From a virus (Duplodnaviria; Caudoviricetes), in IMG/VR virus record IMGVR_UViG_2690315896_000001, positions 3,311-67,310 of that record: a stretch of DNA of 64,000 nucleotides. The stretch is one strand, 5' to 3'. Made by a program: the position numbers and the translations under genes. The notes below the pieces were generated by a model. That model saw only the letters and a list, made by a program, of their open reading frames with translations. It made no database searches and was not told the origin of the DNA. Numbering within the stretch: position 1 is the first letter of the stretch; each line of letters opens with the position of its first letter. Below are positions 57,577 to 64,000 of the stretch, piece after piece.

Positions 57577-58452
57577 ATGTTCGATCAATCCGCAATCCAG
57601 CAGCTGACCCAGGCCGAAGCCACAGCACAAAGCAACGAGTCCGTGCAGCACGCGCTGACTGCCGGCCAGCCGGTCGTGGCCCTGCACGACGAATTCAACC
57701 TCACCAGCCTGGAGTCCTATCTGCCGCTGCGCCGCCGCGCTCGCAACAGCATGAGCACCTCCTACGTCGAGGACTTCGCCCGCTACGTGCGTCAGCACCG
57801 CGAGAACGGTTGCACGATCTATGTGAATGCCGAGGGCATGGCCGCGAAGGCCGTCCTGAACCAGGGCACTCCAGCCGCGCCCGGCCATGGCGACAACACG
57901 GCCCTGTTGAAACTCAAGGCCACCGCCCTATACACCTCGCTGCGCAACCTGGTCAGCCAGAACCGGGGCCAGAAAGCCCTGGCCGAATGGCTGGAAGAGT
58001 GGCGCGACCTGGTGCAACCCTTGGACAAGGATCTGGCGGACCTCAACATCGGCCATGTCGTCGCCGGCATCCGCAGCGTCAGCATCGAGCAGATCAACAA
58101 CTCCACGACCTCCGTGGAAGCGCTGTCTGCCGAGCGCTCGGAAATGGAAAGCGTGTCTGCCAAGACCAACCGCGCTGACGCCGTGCTGCCGGCATACCTC
58201 AGGCTGACCACCAAACCCTACAAGGAGCTGGCCGAGCGCACGTTCTACGTCCGCGTGTCGATCCTCACATCCCAGCGCGAACCCACCTTCTCCCTGGGCA
58301 TCCTGGGGCTGGAGCTGCACGAGGAGCAGATGGCCGAGGAATTCGCCCACGTCGTGCGCGCCAGCTTCGCGCCGGTGGCCGATGGCGATGGCGTGGTCCC
58401 TGACCAGCAAATCCCCGACGTGCTGATTGGCGCCTTCTCGGTCAACAGCTGA
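57577..58452 (+). CDS. DUF2303 (YfdQ-like) protein
   Basis: SLESYLPLRRRAR, PGHGDNTA, QKALAEWLEEW. Confidence 0.85.
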   Translation: MFDQSAIQQLTQAEATAQSNESVQHALTAGQPVVALHDEFNLTSLESYLPLRRRARNSMSTSYVEDFARYVRQHRENGCTIYVNAEGMAAKAVLNQGTPAAPGHGDNTALLKLKATALYTSLRNLVSQNRGQKALAEWLEEWRDLVQPLDKDLADLNIGHVVAGIRSVSIEQINNSTTSVEALSAERSEMESVSAKTNRADAVLPAYLRLTTKPYKELAERTFYVRVSILTSQREPTFSLGILGLELHEEQMAEEFAHVVRASFAPVADGDGVVPDQQIPDVLIGAFSVNS

Positions 58453-58515
58453 TCACCAGGTGGCCCACCCGGGCCACCCCTTCGGCTCCCGCAGCTCATC
58501 TCAAGGAATACCGAC

Positions 58516-58809
58516 ATGACAACCTACAAAGACCTGCTCGCACAAAAAGCTCAACTCGAATCCCAGATTGCCCAGGCCCAGGCCGAGCACAAAGCCGAGG
58601 GCATCGCCCAGGCCCGCGCGCTGATCGCAGAGCACGGCCTGACCGCTGCCGATGTCTTCCCCCAGGGCAAGGCTAAGGGCAGCGTGGGCGCCCCGAAGTA
58701 CCGCGACCCCGCCACCGGCGCGACGTGGACCGGCCGGGGCAAGCCGCCGAACTGGATCAAGGACAAAGACCGCGCGGAATTTCTTATCCCGGAAAAAGCA
58801 GGCGCTTAA
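58516..58809 (+). CDS. H-NS family DNA-binding protein
   Basis: N-terminal coiled coil plus PKYRDPATGATWTGRGKPPNW. Confidence 0.92.
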   Translation: MTTYKDLLAQKAQLESQIAQAQAEHKAEGIAQARALIAEHGLTAADVFPQGKAKGSVGAPKYRDPATGATWTGRGKPPNWIKDKDRAEFLIPEKAGA

Positions 58810-59054
58810 ACGTCAAACTCGCTCAACCTACAGCGAATGCGATCTTGAGTAGCGCTGTCCTCAGGATTATCGACTTCGATAACCAACAGGTGATAGGGAA
58901 ATTCGATCCCGACAGGTGATGAAACTGGAGGAGCAACCGCAGGTGCCTCAAATATGGGCACTCCAATTGCTTCTCCGGGTTTTGCAAGCACCACCATGCT
59001 CGCGTGCCAGACATGCATAGCCTGTAGCTCAGGTTCGCGTATCCGAAGGTCCAT
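58806..59054 (-). CDS. Hypothetical moron protein
   Basis: GGAG RBS, lower GC. Confidence 0.5.
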   Translation of the reverse strand: MDLRIREPELQAMHVWHASMVVLAKPGEAIGVPIFEAPAVAPPVSSPVGIEFPYHLLVIEVDNPEDSATQDRIRCRLSEFDV

Positions 59055-59153
59055 GATGAGATCTCCAAAAAAGCTTGGCTGAATCACCACCGGCCCCCAA
59101 GCATGTAATCCTGGGGGCCGGCGAACTACGGAATCAGTACATCAAGCGAAGGA

Positions 59154-59888
59154 TTACTTATGTTCCTTGCCAGTTGTTCCTTGTTGACCAGAGGCTGAAC
59201 CGGAACCACCGCTCTTGTCGCTGCCGCGTTGAGCGTCGCGCTCTGTGCGCCACTTGTTGAACTCGTCAGAGAACTTTTTGTAGCGATCGTTTCGCCAGTT
59301 GCGGTAATCCTCATCCAAGGCGTCAACTTGTTCCTGACGCCACTGATGATAGTCAGGGTCGAACGGTTCACTTGTCCGGCCCTGACGTACATATTGCTGG
59401 TCAGAATTGCCGTAATTGCTTCCACCCGCTCCACGATCCCAGCCTTGAGTATCTCGGCCAAAGTCACTGCGTTCATGGCCGCCCCATCCGCCTTGCTGCG
59501 AATGGCGCGAGTAGCCTTGATCTTGTCGAGAACGACCATAGCCTTGGTCGCCGTATCCGCTACCGCCGCCGTATCCGAACTCCCGACGACCGGGCGCTGG
59601 CCCGTATCCGCCGCCGTAGCCACCTTGCTGCTCGCCTTGGTACCCCTGATAGGCGGACTGCTGCCCGCCAGGGTAGCCCCTTTCGGGGTATCCACCGCCT
59701 TGCTGACTACCTGAGTAGCCGCTGCGATTTCCTTCCCACTGGCCCTCATCGCGCCACTGGTCCTGCCCGCGTCCTGCGTAGGAGCGGCGGCTTTCGTCAA
59801 ACTGATCGCGTCGGCCGTTTCCGTCGCCAGAGTCCTGCTGCTGTTGACGGTTCTGACCTTGTCGGCCGTGGTCTTCATGCTGTGCCAT
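59154..59888 (-). CDS. G/Q/Y/R-rich low-complexity protein with aromatic helical C-terminus
   Basis: AAGGA RBS; DPDYHQWRQEQ..LDEDYRNWR..FSDEFNKWR. Confidence 0.75.
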   Translation of the reverse strand: MAQHEDHGRQGQNRQQQQDSGDGNGRRDQFDESRRSYAGRGQDQWRDEGQWEGNRSGYSGSQQGGGYPERGYPGGQQSAYQGYQGEQQGGYGGGYGPAPGRREFGYGGGSGYGDQGYGRSRQDQGYSRHSQQGGWGGHERSDFGRDTQGWDRGAGGSNYGNSDQQYVRQGRTSEPFDPDYHQWRQEQVDALDEDYRNWRNDRYKKFSDEFNKWRTERDAQRGSDKSGGSGSASGQQGTTGKEHK

Positions 59889-60084
59889 TGCTGGTTCCTT
59901 TCATGAGCTTTGACTTCAGGCTCGGAAATTCAAGCCTGCCAACTCTCTGAGCAATCAGCATTCCTACCCAACATCCAAGAAACATAACCTCACATTTCTT
60001 TAAACGCGAAACATTTGCCCCCGCATCCCTTTCTGTTTGTGCTTTGAAACTCAGGACCACACAGCGCGCATGGGACACCTGTCC

Positions 60085-60372
60085 TTACACGTCAAGCAAC
60101 GAAATCTGGGGAGCCAGTCCTGCTGCCAACTTCAACGAAGCGATACCGTGGATCTGCTCCCAATTCTTTTTATAGGAATCAAGGCAGCCGGCACGAAGAC
60201 CAGCATCTCCGCCTGCCAGCCTGTCGAGTGCATCCCCAGAGATGGTGCCGCTGTAACGCCCATCTTCTACCCAGAAGTTAAACGATACCTGCCGGAGATC
60301 CATTTTGTATTCGGCATCAGGGTCGCACCGGTCCATCTCTGCTCCTTTTTTGTAGAGCCCTAATTTCACCAT
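60085..60372 (-). CDS. DUF1488-like protein
   Basis: VSFNF..GTISGDAL..NWEQIHGIA; GGAGG RBS. Confidence 0.55.
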   Translation of the reverse strand: MVKLGLYKKGAEMDRCDPDAEYKMDLRQVSFNFWVEDGRYSGTISGDALDRLAGGDAGLRAGCLDSYKKNWEQIHGIASLKLAAGLAPQISLLDV

Positions 60373-60452
60373 AAGCCTCCGACCACGGAGGCAATCCCGA
60401 AGCCGCCCGGCCCTGCCGCGAGCGGCTTTTTTTGGCCCAAAGGAATCCCCCC

Positions 60453-61409
60453 ATGGCGACAAAGCACGTCATTTCTGTGAGCGGCGGCAAAGACAGTACA
60501 GCCGTGCTGCTGCTCGCCCTGGAGCGCTGCCCGCCCGGCAGTGTCGTCCCGATCTTCTGCGACACCGGTAACGAGCACCAGGCTGTCTATGACTACTTGG
60601 CCTATTTGGAGCAGGCCCTGGGCGTGACCATCCACCGGCTGCGCGCGGACTTCAGCCGCCAGCTGCTGGCCAAGCGCATGTTTATCGCCCGTGACGTGCG
60701 CACGGGGCGCGACAAGGCCGGCCGCCGCCTGCGCTGGTCGAACAAGGCCAAGCGCCGTGCCCTGGCCGTGATGCACCCGAGCGGCAACCCGTTCCTCGAT
60801 CTGTGCATGTGGAAGGGCCGTTTCCCGTCTCGCATGGCCCAGTTCTGCACCGAGGAATTGAAGCGCAACTTGGCCGTAGGCTTCCAGATGGATCTGATGG
60901 ACGCCGGCTATTGCGTCATCAGTTGGCAGGGCGTGCGCCGCGACGAATCCCAGCGCCGCCGCAATGCCAAGAAGGCCGAGCGCGTGGCACCGCGGCTGCG
61001 CATCTTCCGGCCCATCGTGGACTGGACAGCCGCCCAGGTGTTCGAGCTGGCCGCCTCCCGGCGCGTGCAGCCGAATCCCCTCTATCTGCAGGGCATGGGC
61101 CGCGTCGGCTGCATGCCCTGCATCAACTGCGGCAAAGACGAGCTGCGCCAGATCGCCGTACGTTGGCCCGAGCACATCGAACGCATCGCCGTATGGGAGC
61201 GAATCGTCAGCGCGTGCTCGAAACGAGGTGGATCAACCTTCATGACAGACGCCCACCTCGGGCAGGACCGGCGCCAGGTCTTCGCAGATCTGCACATCTG
61301 GTCACGCATCGAGTGGGCCAAGACCACGCGCGGAGGCCGGCAGTATGACTTGCTGGCCGGCCTCGACGAACCGACCGCATGTGCATCGGCCTACGGCCTG
61401 TGCGAGTAG
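60453..61409 (+). CDS. PAPS reductase-family protein
   Basis: SVSGGKDS PP-loop, DTGNE, FCTEELK, GVRRDES..RR, RVGCMPC. Confidence 0.9.
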   Translation: MATKHVISVSGGKDSTAVLLLALERCPPGSVVPIFCDTGNEHQAVYDYLAYLEQALGVTIHRLRADFSRQLLAKRMFIARDVRTGRDKAGRRLRWSNKAKRRALAVMHPSGNPFLDLCMWKGRFPSRMAQFCTEELKRNLAVGFQMDLMDAGYCVISWQGVRRDESQRRRNAKKAERVAPRLRIFRPIVDWTAAQVFELAASRRVQPNPLYLQGMGRVGCMPCINCGKDELRQIAVRWPEHIERIAVWERIVSACSKRGGSTFMTDAHLGQDRRQVFADLHIWSRIEWAKTTRGGRQYDLLAGLDEPTACASAYGLCE

Positions 61410-61413
61410 CTGT

Positions 61414-62349
61414 TCAGTGAGGATGCTTCGTTATCCTGGCCCGATGGAGTGCCAAATATGCCTTCTGCTGGGCACGGAAGGGGCCGACATTCATTTGTGG
61501 ATCCAACCCCCAGGCAATCATTGCCTTCACCACCCATGCCCCAGCAGGGATGATCTGCCCCTCATCCGTAAAGCTGATTAGGTGGCGATCGAATAGGCGA
61601 TCCACATGGGGCGACAGCAGCAACCCATTGTGTCCATCCAGCCGCTCGTCGTTCGTGGATTCCTTCCAGGGCTTGATGTGGCTGGCCACCAGCAGCCGTG
61701 GGTCTGAAACCCCAGTGAGGCGGCAGCGCTTTTCAATCTGCATGAGGTTGGTGCGATAGATGCCCTGGCCACGGCGCGCTTTCACCAACTGCTCGATCTC
61801 TGTGGATGAAAGCGTGGGCGATGCGCTGAGCTCCTGCTGAACCTGGTCTTCCTCCAGTTCCACGAGCTGCTCATCGTGTAACTCCAGCGCTGCGTCATTG
61901 GCCTTGCCTGCCAGGTCCAGGATCTTCTCGCCCAGTGCCTGAGACACCGATGCAAGGTACACCCCCTGGTTGCCATCTCCGCTGGCACGGATAGGCGAGT
62001 ACTTCTCCGGGAGATCACCGGCCAACATACCCATGTGGTGCTTAGGCCGAACCGGGCTTTCGAGCAGTTCCCACGCAACAGGCACCAGCCAACCATCTGC
62101 GTGCCATGCGTCGCCGGCCTTGCCGAAATCTTCGGGCTTGCCCTCGTCTCGGTATCCGGACGTGGCCACGCCAATCGCTTTGACCTGGCCATCTGCATAC
62201 GAAATCACCGTGTCGCCTTTCTTCACCAGGCGCAGGTTTTCATAGGTCTGGTTGTACCCGCCGTTGGCCTTGCGCTGGGGGCTCCAGATGTACCCGCCTT
62301 CGATCTCGGAATTGAAAGTCTGTTTGTGATTGACCCACCAATACGCCAT
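61414..62349 (-). CDS. EVE/PUA-like reader + HNH endonuclease
   Basis: YWWVN..GGYIWSP..VKKGD N-terminus; RRGQG..CRLTG..ASHIKPW..NGLLL..DRLFD. Confidence 0.88.
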   Translation of the reverse strand: MAYWWVNHKQTFNSEIEGGYIWSPQRKANGGYNQTYENLRLVKKGDTVISYADGQVKAIGVATSGYRDEGKPEDFGKAGDAWHADGWLVPVAWELLESPVRPKHHMGMLAGDLPEKYSPIRASGDGNQGVYLASVSQALGEKILDLAGKANDAALELHDEQLVELEEDQVQQELSASPTLSSTEIEQLVKARRGQGIYRTNLMQIEKRCRLTGVSDPRLLVASHIKPWKESTNDERLDGHNGLLLSPHVDRLFDRHLISFTDEGQIIPAGAWVVKAMIAWGLDPQMNVGPFRAQQKAYLALHRARITKHPH

Positions 62350-62669
62350 TGCCCTCTCCTTTTCGGCAGAGAGGGTAAGCCATTTGCCCCGCCGTCGCCC
62401 GCGAAAGCGGACCTTTTCCATATTTGCCCTCATGACCTTTACTCGAACTCCACCCGGCGAGCTGCTTCAACACGCCGCTCACGTCATCAACGGCCTGGGC
62501 ACACCTAAGTCGCCCAAGTGATAAAGGAGATTTGAATGGCCAGCAAGAAACCCAAGCACTGGCGCGACAAGCGCGCGCCGCTCCCCGACAACGACGAACC
62601 ACCCACCTGGCCCGCACCCGCGGGCCTTTTCACGCCTGGCACCAACCGCAGGCAATCGAGGAGCACGCC

Positions 62670-62984
62670 ATGACCAAAAAAGAAAAAATCGAAGCTGCCA
62701 GCGGCGGGGACGCGCTGGCCATCGTGACGATGCGCCCCATCTCGATCAGCCTTCAGGAGGCAGCGCGGGCGGTGGATCTGTCCGAGTCGCAGATACAAAA
62801 GCTGGTGCAGACCGGCGATTTCCCCAGGCCTCGGCAGCTCAGTGCGCGCCGCGTGGGCTTCATCGTTGCAGAGGTGGAGGCCTGGGTGATGTCGCGGCCA
62901 CCATCCGAGTGCCTGCCGGCGCCAGACAGCGGCTACGGCCGCGCAGGGAAACCTGGCAAGTCCGCCTCACCACCTCCTGGCTAA
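62670..62984 (+). CDS. AlpA-family excisionase
   Basis: GDFPRPRQLSARRVGF..EVEAW; convergent with integrase. Confidence 0.85.
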   Translation: MTKKEKIEAASGGDALAIVTMRPISISLQEAARAVDLSESQIQKLVQTGDFPRPRQLSARRVGFIVAEVEAWVMSRPPSECLPAPDSGYGRAGKPGKSASPPPG

Positions 62985-64000
62985 GCGGGCAGGCCCTCAA
63001 GCTTGCGCACGGTCTCGTACAGCCTCTGCACCCAGACCTGCTTCTGGGCGTCGAAGGTGTGGAGGTTGTAGCTGGCCACCATGACCCCGGGTTTGTGGCC
63101 GATGATGGCCTCACCCACATCCTCCGGGCAATCAATGGCGCTGAGCAGCGTGCGCGCCGTGCGCCGCAACGCATGGGGTGACCAATCCACCACAGGGCAG
63201 ATCAGCCCTTCACCCGCTCGCCGCTTGGCCTTGGCGGACTCCGGCATCAACGAATAGACGTAACTGGAGAACGTGTTGCGGTGGTACGGCCGGAACTTCC
63301 CACCCCGGCCCGTGAAGAACAGCCATCCCTCCCAGGCGCCGGACACGCGGCGCTGCACGATCTCCAGCGCCTCACCGAACAGCGGAACGCGGTGGTCCAC
63401 AGTGTCTGCATCCCGTTCCATCTTGAGCAGGTGGGCGGGGAACGTGATCCACCAGCCATCCTCCTCCTGCGACACGTACTCAGTGCGCAAGGCAAAAATC
63501 TCAACACCCCGCATGCCGGTGTAGAGGTAAAGCAGCAGCCCATCCAACGCGCTCTGCGACATATTGGCCCGGGCCCATGGAAGGAGCTTGCGCAGCTCCG
63601 CCTGAGACAGCACCCGGCGCCGAAACCCCACATGCTCCCCCCCGACGATTTTCCCCTTTGAACGCAGTTGGCCCTTGAGAAGGCTACGCCACCAGTTCGG
63701 CGCCGCGCCATCGATCTTCCCTGCATCGAGCCCCCAATCCCACGCCTGCCCCAGCAGTGCCCGTAGCTTCTTGGCTGCCGCAGGAAGGTCTCGCCGCTTG
63801 TCGAGCACGTCGTAGGCTTGGGCGCGGGTCACGTCACGCGGCGCTGTCCTCGCAAGCTCCGGCTCCTCATCCAGCATTCGCTCCAAAGCGCTCCAAGCCC
63901 GGGCCGCGCCCTCGGCTTGACGCAGCCCCGCCAGGTGATCGCGGAAGCCTTCCAGCAGCGCACGCACGGTTGTCGCCACTGCTGGGCCGTTCTTGGCCAT
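62981..64000 (-). CDS. Tyrosine integrase (5' truncated by the window edge)
   Basis: TGMRGVEI, HALRRT, IIGH, Y catalytic motifs. Confidence 0.93.
   Translation of the reverse strand: MAKNGPAVATTVRALLEGFRDHLAGLRQAEGAARAWSALERMLDEEPELARTAPRDVTRAQAYDVLDKRRDLPAAAKKLRALLGQAWDWGLDAGKIDGAAPNWWRSLLKGQLRSKGKIVGGEHVGFRRRVLSQAELRKLLPWARANMSQSALDGLLLYLYTGMRGVEIFALRTEYVSQEEDGWWITFPAHLLKMERDADTVDHRVPLFGEALEIVQRRVSGAWEGWLFFTGRGGKFRPYHRNTFSSYVYSLMPESAKAKRRAGEGLICPVVDWSPHALRRTARTLLSAIDCPEDVGEAIIGHKPGVMVASYNLHTFDAQKQVWVQRLYETVRKLEGLPA

Larger units (their letters stand above)
120..64000. mobile_element. Temperate podovirus-like prophage (left boundary uncertain, extends beyond the right edge)
   Basis: Ordered modules: integrase/xis, cI/cro, replication, terminase/portal/capsid, ejection proteins, tail, lysis. 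No tape measure, tube or sheath genes recognised. att sites not identified. Confidence 0.93.

Noticed and set aside
59126-59878. 250-aa Ala/Thr-rich ORF
   Set aside because: Alternative frame of the G/Q/Y-rich gene, which has the RBS and a structured C-terminus.
1-64000. attL/attR direct repeats
   Set aside because: The integrase 5' end and its att site lie outside the window, so no pair can be matched.

Overview
Almost the whole window is a temperate, podovirus-type prophage in a high-GC host (Betaproteobacteria-like, an inference). It reads right to left. The right end holds a tyrosine integrase (5' end outside the window), AlpA-type excisionase and a PL early arm (YfdP/YfdQ-like pair, H-NS, PAPS reductase). 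Next come a lambda-like cI/cro switch with TAGCG-N3-CGCTA operators, a Rha/KilAC antirepressor, an O-like initiator with iterons, a DnaC-like loader and a RuvC-like resolvase. The late region has terminases, a P22-like portal, scaffold, N4-gp56/DUF4043-type capsid, ejection proteins including a 2459-aa PLxRFG polyvalent protein, a tail/receptor module and a holin-SAR endolysin-Rz/Rz1 cassette. Several low-GC or antisense morons are interspersed. The best novel candidate is a moron membrane protein lying between two ejection genes. It ends in NPFAKFH, identical to the N-terminal motif of the giant ejection protein but with different synonymous codons, which suggests superinfection exclusion by molecular mimicry. 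Other highlights are seven copies of a late-promoter motif feeding mostly leaderless mRNAs, two distant paralogous secreted proteins of unknown family, a LexA-boxed NdpA+membrane operon, a lone RelA/SpoT synthetase and a 17-aa Trp-rich ORF coupled inside the lysis cassette. All family calls are from motif recognition by eye, without database searches.
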